Counted from the whole stretch's first letter, positions 18,418 to 28,016 are shown. The stretch: DNA of 59,362 nt, filler included, from 6 parts of 6 records of this genome joined end to end with filler, not necessarily neighbours in it, one strand, 5' to 3'. Notes: generated by a model not told the origin, from the sequence alone. Numbers and translations: made by a program.

Positions 18418-19820
18418 GCAGCCTCTTTTCCGGCCATTCGCGACGCGATCAGGTCCTTGATGGCGGCGGCGTCGATCGGCAGGACGTCGAAGCGTTCCGG
18501 CCGCTCGAACAAATCGGCAAGGTGCGGCGGCAGGCCCGGTCGCACGCCGGTCGCCTCCTCGACCGCCTCGGGGAACTTGGCCGGATGCGCCGTTGCCAGG
18601 GCAACCAGGGCCGACCCGTCCGGCGGGCACAGGGTTTCACCGGCGACGTAACCGATGATGCTGTGCGGATCCAGGGACTCGCCGGTTTGCCGGAAGATCC
18701 GTCCGATTTCCCGTTTGGTTTGCGAATCGTCGAACCGGATGCCGGTAAACAGTTTGCGCATGCGCTGCCAGCGGCCGGTGCCGAAGTCGATCTTGCCGGT
18801 GTCACGGAACTTCTGCATGACGGCCGCCAGCTGTTCGCCCTTGCGCCCGTAATATTCGAACAGCAGCCGTTCGAAGTTGCTGGAAATCTGGATGTCCATG
18901 CTGGGCGACAGGGTCGGCACCACCGGCACGGTTTCCATGGTGCCGCCGGCAAAGAAGCGGGTCAGGATGTCGTTGCTGTTCGAGCCGATGATCAGGTTCG
19001 GAATGCCGAGGCCCATGCGCCGGGACGCATAGCCGGCGAAGACGTTGCCGAAATTGCCGGTCGGCACGGCGAAGGTGACTTTGCGGTCGGGCGCGCCGAT
19101 GGCGACGGCGGCGGCGAAGTAATAGGCGATCTGGACCATGATGCGGGCCCAGTTGATGGAATTGACCGCCGACAGGCTGAAGCGGTCGCGAAATTCGACA
19201 TCGCTGAACATCGCCTTGACCAGATCCTGGCAGTCGTCGAAGGTTCCTTCGATCGCCAGGTTGTGGACGTTGGCGCTGTCCACCGTCGTCATCTGGCGGC
19301 GCTGCACGTCGGACACCCGGCCCTTCGGATGCAGAATGAAAATGTCGATGGCGTCGCGGTCGCGGCAGGCTTCGATGGCGGCCGACCCGGTATCGCCCGA
19401 GGTGGCGCCGATGATGGTGACGCGCCGGCCCTTCGCCTTCAGGACATGATCGAACAGCCGTCCGACGACCTGCAGCGCATAGTCCTTGAACGACAGCGTC
19501 GGGCCGTGAAACAGTTCCATCAGCCATTTGTCGTGGCCAAGCTGTTTCATCGGCGCGACGGCGGTATGATCGAATGCGTCGTAGGCTTCTTCGACGATCC
19601 GTTCCAGATCGGCGTCCGTAATCGTGCCGCCGATATAGGGGCGGATAATCCGGAAGGCGGTTTCGGCATAGCTGAGCCCGCGCAGCGCCCGGATTTCGGC
19701 CGGCGAAAACCGCGGCCACGCCTCCGGCAGATAGAGGCCGCCGTCGCGGGCCAGACCGGCCAGAAGAACGTCGTCGAACGGAAGAACCGGGGCTTTTCCC
19801 CGAGTGCTGATGTAACGCAC
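18414..19820 (-). CDS. thrC: Threonine synthase
   Basis: MRYISTRG, ELFHGPTLSFKD (PLP lysine), ATSGDTG, VPTGNFGN, ATAHPAKF. Confidence 0.97.
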   Translation of the reverse strand: MRYISTRGKAPVLPFDDVLLAGLARDGGLYLPEAWPRFSPAEIRALRGLSYAETAFRIIRPYIGGTITDADLERIVEEAYDAFDHTAVAPMKQLGHDKWLMELFHGPTLSFKDYALQVVGRLFDHVLKAKGRRVTIIGATSGDTGSAAIEACRDRDAIDIFILHPKGRVSDVQRRQMTTVDSANVHNLAIEGTFDDCQDLVKAMFSDVEFRDRFSLSAVNSINWARIMVQIAYYFAAAVAIGAPDRKVTFAVPTGNFGNVFAGYASRRMGLGIPNLIIGSNSNDILTRFFAGGTMETVPVVPTLSPSMDIQISSNFERLLFEYYGRKGEQLAAVMQKFRDTGKIDFGTGRWQRMRKLFTGIRFDDSQTKREIGRIFRQTGESLDPHSIIGYVAGETLCPPDGSALVALATAHPAKFPEAVEEATGVRPGLPPHLADLFERPERFDVLPIDAAAIKDLIASRMAGKEAA

Positions 19821-19999
19821 GCGCCTGCTCCCGAAGGGTCAATGTCAAAAGGGAGCCTAACCTATCTCCCGCGGTGTCGGGCGGCAAGCCGAACCTTCAG
19901 TACGGCTTCGTCCGCGTCCGGCACCTGCGGACCGGATCCGATCGTGGTATAAGGAAATGGATCTGCTGGAACGACAGCTTGTCCGAGGGGGGACGGCCG

Positions 20000-20554
20000 A
20001 TGGCCGGCAAAACGGTGCGGATCGGCCGCGAAACGGCGGCCCTGATCGAACGGTTCCGCGAAGGCCTTTTTCAATCCGATGAAGAGGTCATTCAGGGGGC
20101 TTTGTCCCGCCTGTTGGAGGACAAACCCGAAAACCCGGATGAACCCGCGGCGGTCGCGGGTTTGGCCGGTGTCGGCTGCGATCTGGGCCAGGGCGCGGTG
20201 CTTGCCGAAGGCGAAGCGATTTACCTGTTCCGCTATCGCGCCTCTCTCGAATCGGGAAAATTCGAAGGCGTTGCGATCGCCCGCGGCGGCAAGCTTTTCA
20301 TGGCCGGTGCCGAAGTCATCCCTTCGCGCGGAAGCCTGGTTCAACCGGCCCTTCAAATTGTCCAAAGGCGGCTCAACGATGTCAGCCCGAGTCGGGGTGG
20401 TTTCGTCGTTTTGGACGCCTGGGATTATTGGTACGCGAAGCGGGACGGGCGCTATGTCAGGGTCGGCGACCTGCGCGATCCGGCACAGATCCATCGCCGA
20501 CCAAGACGCCGCAACCCCCTGGACCGCGCGCTTTTCCGGCGCCTGACGGATTGA
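20000..20554 (+). CDS. Hypothetical protein: RHH-like N-terminus plus RAMA/DUF4357-like C-terminus
   Basis: GAGGGGG RBS. KTVRI followed by two helices (SDEEVIQGAL); C-terminal DAWDYWYAKRDG...VGDLR. Confidence 0.5.
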   Translation: MAGKTVRIGRETAALIERFREGLFQSDEEVIQGALSRLLEDKPENPDEPAAVAGLAGVGCDLGQGAVLAEGEAIYLFRYRASLESGKFEGVAIARGGKLFMAGAEVIPSRGSLVQPALQIVQRRLNDVSPSRGGFVVLDAWDYWYAKRDGRYVRVGDLRDPAQIHRRPRRRNPLDRALFRRLTD

Positions 20555-20658
20555 AAGTAATACCGCACAACCTTATGTGGAAATTAGAAGCAAAATATTT
20601 CATTGCATTCGTTCTAATTTGAGGCGAGTTTTCCCGCTCTGGGGATTTGGGGCCAGAG

Positions 20659-20925
20659 ATGTTCAAACACGAAATCCAGCTGTTGAGTCGCCGTGACGGC
20701 GACTACCATTTTCACAGAAATGCCGTTCTCAGTGTCGGCGTTTCCGGAAAAGTGGGGTTTCGCAGCTATTACTTCGCGGGCCGGAAATGCCTTGTCGTGC
20801 TGCTTGAATCGCAGCAGGACGTCGATGCCGTTTTGGCCGTGTTGCCGCGCTACTCGGCGGTCTCGGTTCGCGAAATCTCGGCCCAGGCACAGTCGGCGCG
20901 AACGAATAACGCCAGCGCCGCCTAG
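20659..20925 (+). CDS. Small hypothetical protein, paralogue A (88 aa)
   Basis: Aligns with 21101-21346 (MFxxEIQxL...DY, SYYFAGxKxLVVLxE, DxDA). Confidence 0.7.
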   Translation: MFKHEIQLLSRRDGDYHFHRNAVLSVGVSGKVGFRSYYFAGRKCLVVLLESQQDVDAVLAVLPRYSAVSVREISAQAQSARTNNASAA

Positions 20926-21100
20926 TCCCCTTTCCAAACCGATCGGCTCGTCTTCGAACTGCTCGGCGCAGTAACGGTTTCTCAATCTTTTCCTTGCATA
21001 GTTCCCTACAGGTGCCGTCCGCGCACAGCGCGCGGCAAACGGTCGAGACGCACCGGCCGAACCCGCACAAAAATTCAGGGTATTCGAGGGATCGATCGCC

Positions 21101-21346
21101 ATGTTCAGATTTGAAATTCAGTTTCTCGGCCGGAGCAAGGACGACTACGACCGGCATTTGACCATTGCCGAAAACCTCAAGCTTTCCGGCGGGATGGCGC
21201 TTAAGAGCTATTATTTCGCCGGGATCAAAGGCCTGGTGGTTCTGGTCGAGAATGCGGCCGACCGCGACGCCATCGTCAATGCCGTTTCGCAAAGCGAACT
21301 CGTCGGATCCTGGGATATCAGGCTTCCGATGGAATTGGCGGCCTGA
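21101..21346 (+). CDS. Small hypothetical protein, paralogue B (81 aa)
   Basis: GAGGG RBS; clear similarity to 20659-20925. Confidence 0.72.
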   Translation: MFRFEIQFLGRSKDDYDRHLTIAENLKLSGGMALKSYYFAGIKGLVVLVENAADRDAIVNAVSQSELVGSWDIRLPMELAA

Positions 21347-21384
21347 CGGCAAACCGATCCGGTCTTCGATACGGTAAATTAGGA

Positions 21385-21558
21385 TTACGGCCGAAACGCT
21401 GCGGCTTGCAGTTCCGCGTCTTGAGCTTGCGGTTGCGAGAAGTCGTAGGCCGATTCCATTTGCAGACTCGACATCAAATCCGCAGCCGCCAGCGATGCCA
21501 GCACCACGAGCATGGTGGTAAGGCCGAGGATCAGGTGAGTGATGGGTATCCGATTCAT
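21385..21558 (-). CDS. Small membrane or secreted protein (57 aa)
   Basis: GGGGTG RBS; MNRIPITHLILGLTTMLVVLASLAAA is a hydrophobic signal/TM segment. Confidence 0.5.
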   Translation of the reverse strand: MNRIPITHLILGLTTMLVVLASLAAADLMSSLQMESAYDFSQPQAQDAELQAAAFRP

Positions 21559-21732
21559 GTCACCCCACTTGGTAGCGTCATCCGTAATTGTCGACTCCTT
21601 TGCGTAAAAAAAACGTAAATGCAGGCGGTTTGAGAGCCGTCGCCGGCGAATACGCGTGCCATCTTGCAGGTGCCGTCGGGTGCGCCCATATGGCCGGGGA
21701 TTGCCGGGGCCATCGGTTTCAGGGAGGGCAGG

Positions 21733-22359
21733 ATGAAACTGGAGCAACCGTTCCGCGCGGCGACGCATACCGATTGCCGGCGCATCGCCGAACTGTTCAA
21801 CGTCGCCGGCGCCGGCGTTCCCGAATATGTCTGGACGTCGATGGCCGACGACTATCCCGGTTTGAGCCCGATCGAAATCGGCCGGCAGCGCTATGCACGC
21901 GACGACATCCCGTTCAGCTACCGCAACACTGTGGTTGCCGAGATCGACGGCCGGGTAATCGGCATTCTGGTAAGCTTTCCGAATGAAGATGTGGTTTCCG
22001 ACGGCGAGGACATGGAAGACAACGAGCCGGCACCGGATGAATCGGACAATTCCAGCGAGCCGGATGTAATGAAACCCTATCGCGAACTGGAAATCCCCGG
22101 AAGCTTCTATGTTTGCGCCGTCGCGCTGGAGCCTGAATTCCGCGGCCGGGGCCTGGGCACCCGGTTCATGGAAATCGCGCGGCAGCAGGCCCGCGACAAG
22201 GGCCTGAAAACCATGAGCCTGCTGGCGTTCGACGCCAATCCGAAGGCGGTCAGGTTTTACGAGCGGTTGGGATTCCGCACCGTCGAACAGATGCCGGTGG
22301 TGCCGCATCCGCTGATCGAATACGACGGCAATGTGCTGTTGATGGTGGCCGACGTATAG
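21733..22359 (+). CDS. GNAT-family N-acetyltransferase
   Basis: Acetyl-CoA motif VALEPEFRGRGLG and NPKAVRFYERLGF; GGGAGG RBS. Confidence 0.9.
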   Translation: MKLEQPFRAATHTDCRRIAELFNVAGAGVPEYVWTSMADDYPGLSPIEIGRQRYARDDIPFSYRNTVVAEIDGRVIGILVSFPNEDVVSDGEDMEDNEPAPDESDNSSEPDVMKPYRELEIPGSFYVCAVALEPEFRGRGLGTRFMEIARQQARDKGLKTMSLLAFDANPKAVRFYERLGFRTVEQMPVVPHPLIEYDGNVLLMVADV

Positions 22360-22374
22360 GATCAGGAAACGGGC

Positions 22375-23865
22375 CTAGGCCAGGTACCGCGCTTTCAGGT
22401 GATTTTTGAAAACGTCGGCATCGAGCGGCCGTCCGGTCGCCGCGGTCAGCAACGCGTCGGTCGACAGCAGCGATCCCTTTGAATGAATATTGGCGCGCAG
22501 CCAAGCCATGAGCGGAGCGAAATCACCCCTGGCGATGCCGGGTTCGATTTCCCCATCGGCCTTCCTGGCGGCATCGAAAATCTGCGCCGCCGTCATCGCA
22601 CCCAGCGTATAGGTCGGGAAATAGCCCCAGGCGCCATCGTACCAGTGCAAATCCTGCAAACAACCGCGGCGGTCGTCCGGCGGTGTGATGCCCAACAGCT
22701 TCCGCATGCCCTCGTTGAAGGCGGCCGGCAGGTCGGCGGCTTCCATGTCGCCTTCGATCAGCGCTTTTTCCAAACGATACCGCAGGATCACATGGGCCGG
22801 ATAGGTGACCTCGTCGGCGTCGACGCGAATGAAACCGGGTGCCACCCGCGTGTAAAGCCGGATCAGGTTGTCGGACTCCCAGGCAGGACCGGAGCCGTCG
22901 AAGGCTTTTTTCATGACCGGGGCGGCGAATTCCAGGAAACCGGGCGAACGGCAGACCTGCATCTCGATCAACAGGGATTGGCTTTCGTGCAGGCTCATGC
23001 CGCGGGCATCGCCGACCGGCTGACCGCGCCAGTCCTGGGGCAGGCCGAGTTCATACAACGCGTGGCCGGTTTCGTGCAGGACGCCCATCAGGCTCGACGT
23101 GAAGTCGGCTTCGTCGTAGCGCGTCGTGATGCGCACATCGTCCGGCACGCCGCCGCAGAAGGGATGCAGACTGATATCGAGACGCCCGTGGTCGAAATCG
23201 AAGCCGAGGCGTTCCATGAAGTCGACACCCAGTTGCCGCTGGGTTTTCGTTGGGAAAGGACCCTCGGGCGCAATCACCTTCGGCTGCCCGGCCTGGTGGT
23301 CGAGTACCTCGGCCAGGAAATCGGGCAAGAAGGCTTCGAGGTCGGCAAAGACGGCATCGATGGTTGCGGACCGGCCGCCCGGTTCGTATTCGTCGAGCAA
23401 CGCATCGTATAGCCCGGTGCCGAGTTTGTCGGACAATGCCGCCGCTACCTCGCGTACCCGGGCCAGGACGTCTTCCAGCGCCGGCAGGATCATCGCGAAG
23501 TCGGACGCCGGACGGGCCTGCCGCCAGACGGTTTCGCAGGCCGAACAGGCCCGCGACAGGGCGATGACCAGGTCTTCCGGCAACGCCGTGGCGCGCCGCC
23601 AGGCCCGGCGCATTTCACCCAGGTTGACGGCTTGGCCGTCGGCCAGGGGAATCGATTCTGCCGCGGCAATAAGGTCGGCGGTTTCCGGCGCGCTCAGAAT
23701 GCCGTGGCGTACGGCGCTGAGTTCGGCCATCTGTTCGGCCCTTGCCGAACCGCCGCCCGGCGGCATCATGGTGGCAAGATCCCATTGCAGGACGGCGCCG
23801 GCATCGCGCAACGCGGTCAGCCGGCGGAAGCGGGCCTCGAGGGCCTCATATGCGGTATCGGTCAT
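22375..23865 (-). CDS. Carboxypeptidase, M32 family (Taq-like)
   Basis: HPF, DVRITT, HETGH (HExxH), HESQ, IRVDADE, QDLHW, GYFPTYTLG. Real start MTDTAY at 23865. Confidence 0.95.
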   Translation of the reverse strand: MTDTAYEALEARFRRLTALRDAGAVLQWDLATMMPPGGGSARAEQMAELSAVRHGILSAPETADLIAAAESIPLADGQAVNLGEMRRAWRRATALPEDLVIALSRACSACETVWRQARPASDFAMILPALEDVLARVREVAAALSDKLGTGLYDALLDEYEPGGRSATIDAVFADLEAFLPDFLAEVLDHQAGQPKVIAPEGPFPTKTQRQLGVDFMERLGFDFDHGRLDISLHPFCGGVPDDVRITTRYDEADFTSSLMGVLHETGHALYELGLPQDWRGQPVGDARGMSLHESQSLLIEMQVCRSPGFLEFAAPVMKKAFDGSGPAWESDNLIRLYTRVAPGFIRVDADEVTYPAHVILRYRLEKALIEGDMEAADLPAAFNEGMRKLLGITPPDDRRGCLQDLHWYDGAWGYFPTYTLGAMTAAQIFDAARKADGEIEPGIARGDFAPLMAWLRANIHSKGSLLSTDALLTAATGRPLDADVFKNHLKARYLA

Positions 23866-23939
23866 GATTGCGTAAATAGTCCGGCCCGGCGTCCGGCTCA
23901 AGGGAACGACCCGAAGTAACGAACAACAGGCCTCGCCGG

Positions 23940-24974
23940 TCAGCTTTGCCCGAGGCGGCTGCATCGCAGGCAGCGCGCCGGCGGATCGGCGTCCCAGAAG
24001 GCGCGGCGGAAACGCACATAGGCGTCCTTCCACCAGATATCGGCCAGGCTTTCGCTCGTCAGATCGCCGAACACGAGGGCATCCGGGTTGGCATGCGCAT
24101 CGCCGTCGCCGGTAAACCGGTCCAGCACGCAGGGCATGACCCGGCCGTCGACATCGACGACCACGGCCGCCTGGACGTTTTCCATGCACAAGCCCGGTGG
24201 CCGGTCGGGCCTGGGGAAGTGAAAGGAAAAATCCATGCCCCGGTCGCGCGCCGCCGCGGCAACCCGGTTCAGGCGGGCGGTCAGTTCCCGGTATTCCGTT
24301 TCGTTTTGCGGCCGGATCGATTCGTCCATCAATGCCGGTTCGGGAACGAGATTGAGAATGCTGACGACGATCTGATCGATACCGCGCCCGGCGAAGGTTT
24401 CGGGGATGCGTTCGACATCGTCCAGCCCCGATCGCAGCAGCATGTAGGCGATGTGAACCGACGGATTGGATACGGCGGCGGCACTCTTGGCCCGGTTGAT
24501 CGCTTCGATGGCCGCAAAAACGTCGCCAAGGCGGGTTCCCCGGCGCACCGAATCGGCCAATTCGTCGACCCCGGCGACGGAAAACGAGATCATATCGACG
24601 CCGCCCGAAACCAGGCGTACGGCGACATCGTCGTCCATCCTGGTGGCGTTGGAGGTCGTGCCGACCCGGCATCCGGCTTTTTTCGTCGCTTCGACCATGG
24701 CGAAAAAATCGGCATTCAGGAACGGTTCGCCCCAGCCCTGCAGGTGGATCAGTGGCGTTCGCCAATGGCTGATTTGAGCCGATCGGGCCAGATTGGGAAG
24801 GATTGCCTCGAAGGTTTCCAGGCTCATGTGGCGGCGCGGCCAATCCTTGCCCAGGGTTGCCGTCGGGCAATAGATGCAGCGTGCATTGCAATCGGTATTG
24901 ACCTCAACCTGTACCCATTCCAGGCGCGGCCGGTAAAACCAATCCCGAAAGCGGTTGCGAATCCGGGCAAGCAT
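23940..24974 (-). CDS. Radical SAM protein with SPASM/twitch domain
   Basis: CNARCIYC, GWGEP, and C-terminal C..(VDVDGRVMPC)..FGDL..CLRC. Confidence 0.9.
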   Translation of the reverse strand: MLARIRNRFRDWFYRPRLEWVQVEVNTDCNARCIYCPTATLGKDWPRRHMSLETFEAILPNLARSAQISHWRTPLIHLQGWGEPFLNADFFAMVEATKKAGCRVGTTSNATRMDDDVAVRLVSGGVDMISFSVAGVDELADSVRRGTRLGDVFAAIEAINRAKSAAAVSNPSVHIAYMLLRSGLDDVERIPETFAGRGIDQIVVSILNLVPEPALMDESIRPQNETEYRELTARLNRVAAAARDRGMDFSFHFPRPDRPPGLCMENVQAAVVVDVDGRVMPCVLDRFTGDGDAHANPDALVFGDLTSESLADIWWKDAYVRFRRAFWDADPPARCLRCSRLGQS

Positions 24975-25105
24975 CCTTAGCCTCCTTATCCGCAAGTCTA
25001 GCAGGCCGATGGGTTTGGTGGAACAAGCCGGTCAATGAGGGGATTGGCCGGAAATTGCGCGGCGCGGCGTTTGCCCGCCGCCGGAAATCGGGGCATAGTG
25101 GCACC

Positions 25106-26851
25106 ATGGCTGCGCGGGAAATGGTGGGCGATCTGTTAAGCCGGCATAACGAAAATGTTTCCGACCATCTGGAGCTGCTGGCTTCGATGGGGGCAGATTT
25201 CGCGTCGACGCGGGATCTGGAAACGACGCTCGAGATGGCGGTCGAGCGCATTACGCGGTATCTGGATGCCGCCGGCGGCGCTCTTTTCCTGGTCGATGAA
25301 AGCGGCGAAAAACTGCGCTGCCATGCCTGTTGGGGGGCGACCGAAATCACCGGCATGGTGATGGACGCCAACCAGGGCATCGTCGGGCGATGCGTGCAGG
25401 AAAACAAGGGCGAGATCGTTCGCGACGTTTCCAAGGACCCGAGTTTCCACGGCGGCGTCGACGAACAGACCGGGTTCAAGACGCTTTCCATCCTGTGCGC
25501 GCCGATGAGCGTTTCAGACCAGCGCATCGGGGCGATCGAACTGGTCAACAAACGCGGCGGCGACGGCCTGTTCGCGGAGGACGATCTTCATGTCCTGCAG
25601 GGCCTGAGTTCGTCGGCGGGGTTGGCCATCGTCAACGCCCGCCAGGCCGAGGCCCTGGTCGAGCAGGAACGGGTCAAGCGCGAGCTCGAACTGGCCGGTG
25701 AAATTCAACGCAGCCTGTTGCCGGAGGCGCGGCAGGAACCATTCCCGATACACGGGATCAATATTCCGGCGCGTGTCGTTTCGGGCGATTTTTACGACTT
25801 CTTCGAGATCGAGGACGGCTGCATCTGCTTCAATCTGGGCGACGTTTCCGGCAAGGGCATGAATGCGGCGCTGCTGATGGCGAAGACGGCCAGCCTGTAC
25901 CGGTGCCTCGGTAAGACGATCCAGGATCCGGGACGCCTGCTCGGCATCATCAACCGCGAGATCTGCGAAACCGCGACCCGCGGCATGTTCGTGACCATGG
26001 TCGGCGGCATCTTCGATCCGGCCACCGGCCGGGTGCGGATCGCCAACGCCGGGCACGAGCCGCCGCTGTTCCGGGATCGCGACGGCAACTATCAGGCGCT
26101 GGAAGCGGAACTGCCGCCGCTCGGCATCATGCCGATGGCCGGGCCGGAAGAGGATTTCCCGGAGACCGAGATCTACCTGGAGGGCGGCACCCTGTACGTC
26201 TTCACCGACGGCGTCACCGAGGGGTATGTCGATGACGATGAGACCCTGGAAGTCGACGGGCTGAAAGACCTGCTTGATACGAATGCTCTTGTCCCGGCGG
26301 CCGACCGCCTGAACGCGGTCGTCGACCGATTGCGCCGGGGCGGCCATTCCCTTCGCGACGATGTGACGCTTCTGGCGGTAAACGACGCCGGACCCGACCG
26401 CCAGGCCGTCGGCGTCGGGCTGTTGCGCATGAACTTCCAATCGGCGCCGGGCGAACTGAAACATGTCCGTCAGGCGGTCGCCGAGGCCCTGGACAGCGAC
26501 GGCTGTACGGGGCAGTCCAGCCAGGATTTCATCCTTGCCGTCGACGAAGCCTGCCAGAACGTCATCCGGCACGCCTACAAAGGCGATCCGGAAGGCGAAA
26601 TCACACTGGAAATCAGGCGCGATGACGAAGACTTGGTGGTTTTGTTGCGCGACTTCGCCGACAAGGTCGATCCCGAAAACATCAAACCGCGCGATCTGTC
26701 CGAATTGCGCCCGGGCGGGCTCGGCACCCACCTGATCCGGGAGATCATGGATCTGGTGGAATTCGCGCCGCCGCCGGGAGATAGCGGGAACCTCTTAAGA
26801 ATGGTAAAAAAGCTGAAACGAGGGAAGCCGGATGAAACACGAGATCCGTGA
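25106..26851 (+). CDS. GAF + SpoIIE/PP2C phosphatase + RsbW-type Ser kinase fusion
   Basis: GAF (VDEQTGFKT.SILCAP..IELVNK); PP2C motifs SGDFYD, GDVSGKG, TDGVTE, DDVT; HATPase_c_2 motifs DEACQNVIRHAY and PGGLG. Confidence 0.9.
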   Translation: MAAREMVGDLLSRHNENVSDHLELLASMGADFASTRDLETTLEMAVERITRYLDAAGGALFLVDESGEKLRCHACWGATEITGMVMDANQGIVGRCVQENKGEIVRDVSKDPSFHGGVDEQTGFKTLSILCAPMSVSDQRIGAIELVNKRGGDGLFAEDDLHVLQGLSSSAGLAIVNARQAEALVEQERVKRELELAGEIQRSLLPEARQEPFPIHGINIPARVVSGDFYDFFEIEDGCICFNLGDVSGKGMNAALLMAKTASLYRCLGKTIQDPGRLLGIINREICETATRGMFVTMVGGIFDPATGRVRIANAGHEPPLFRDRDGNYQALEAELPPLGIMPMAGPEEDFPETEIYLEGGTLYVFTDGVTEGYVDDDETLEVDGLKDLLDTNALVPAADRLNAVVDRLRRGGHSLRDDVTLLAVNDAGPDRQAVGVGLLRMNFQSAPGELKHVRQAVAEALDSDGCTGQSSQDFILAVDEACQNVIRHAYKGDPEGEITLEIRRDDEDLVVLLRDFADKVDPENIKPRDLSELRPGGLGTHLIREIMDLVEFAPPPGDSGNLLRMVKKLKRGKPDETRDP

Positions 26852-27161
26852 AAGCGAAGGCGCCACGGTTGTAGCGTTCGAAGGCGACGTCGATTTGGAA
26901 ACGTCGCCTGCGGCGAGGAAGGTGCTGCTCGATTGCGTCGGCAGGAAACGGGCCGTGTTCGTCGACATGGCTGCCGTCAACTACATCGACAGTTCGGGCG
27001 TCGCCTCGTTGGTCGAGTGCCTGCAGGCGGCGCGCAAATCGGGGCTCGATTTCGGCCTTGTTTCGGTCAGCGACGCGGCGCTCAGGGTCCTGCAGCTGGC
27101 CCGGCTCGACAAGGTTTTTCAAATTCACGCGACGATCGACGACGCATTGGCAAATGGCTAA
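26832..27161 (+). CDS. STAS-domain anti-sigma-factor antagonist (RsbV/SpoIIAA-like)
   Basis: GDVD, phosphoacceptor motif V.YIDSSG, LDKVF; overlaps the upstream gene by 20 nt. Confidence 0.92.
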   Translation: MKHEIRESEGATVVAFEGDVDLETSPAARKVLLDCVGRKRAVFVDMAAVNYIDSSGVASLVECLQAARKSGLDFGLVSVSDAALRVLQLARLDKVFQIHATIDDALANG

Positions 27162-27164
27162 GGG

Positions 27165-28001
27165 GTGACCGACGTCGCCATGGCCCGCACCGGTATTTCA
27201 CATTCGATCCTCGGTTCACTTGAAAAGGTGGGACGCGCCACGGCCCGGCGCATTGACGAAGTCGGCGTCTGCGGGGCGTTGGTCGGTGAAAGCCTGTTCT
27301 GGCTGTTCGTCGGGCCGGGGTTGAAACAGCCGGTGCGGATCAGCGCCATATTCCAGCAGATGATGGAATACGGCATTCGCGCCATTCCCATCATCGCCAT
27401 CCTGTCGGCCGCCATCGGGGCGGTCCTGGCCATGCAGGGGATCATCTCGCTGGAGAAGTTCGGCGCCGAATCCCGGGTCACCTTCGGCATCGCCATTTCC
27501 ATGGTCCGCGAATTCGCGCCCCTGATCACCGGTATTCTGATCGCCGGCCGGTCGGGTTCGGCCCTGGCGGCGCGGATCGGCACCATGAAGATCAATCAGG
27601 AAATCGACGCCCTTGAGGTGATGGGCGTTGCGCCGGTCCGGTTCCTGGTGGCGCCGGCCCTGATCGCCATGTTCATCATGGTCCCGGCATTGACCATCTT
27701 CAGCGCCTTCATGGGCCTGCTGGCCGGCGGGCTTTATGTCGGCCTCGACCTCAGCATTTCCATGGATGCCTATATCGTCCAGGTCATCGACGCCCTGGAT
27801 GCCGACGACGTTCTGCACGGGTTCGGCAAAAGCGTCGCCTTCGGAATCCTGATCGCCATCATCGGCGTCATGAACGGGGCCAGCGTCACCGGCGGCGCCG
27901 AAGGCGTCGGGCGGGTGACGACGCGATCGGTGGTACAGGCCCTGTTCGCGATCATCATTACCGACCTGATTTTCGTCCTGATCTCGTCGCTGGTGGGTTG
28001 A
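27165..28001 (+). CDS. mlaE: MlaE-family ABC permease
   Basis: REFAPLITGILIAGRSGSA.AA.IGTM..NQEIDAL and GGAEGVGR.TT.SVV. Confidence 0.9.
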   Translation: MTDVAMARTGISHSILGSLEKVGRATARRIDEVGVCGALVGESLFWLFVGPGLKQPVRISAIFQQMMEYGIRAIPIIAILSAAIGAVLAMQGIISLEKFGAESRVTFGIAISMVREFAPLITGILIAGRSGSALAARIGTMKINQEIDALEVMGVAPVRFLVAPALIAMFIMVPALTIFSAFMGLLAGGLYVGLDLSISMDAYIVQVIDALDADDVLHGFGKSVAFGILIAIIGVMNGASVTGGAEGVGRVTTRSVVQALFAIIITDLIFVLISSLVG

Positions 28002-28016
28002 GGAGGGGGCGCCCAA

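Noticed and set aside
18402-19952. 516-aa plus-strand ORF
   Set aside because: Antisense shadow of thrC.
21020-21070. Resemblance to a c-di-GMP-I riboswitch (GCACAG..GGCAAAC..GACGCA..CCGGCC) upstream of paralogue B
   Set aside because: It lacks the GNRA-capped P2 stem and a P3 stem with receptor. An Rfam cmscan hit would be needed to revive the idea.
23866-24891. Apparent 342-aa N-terminal extension making the M32 carboxypeptidase 838 aa
   Set aside because: It is an alternative frame over the radical SAM gene with Arg/Pro/Gly-rich composition; M32 homology begins at MTDTAY (23865).
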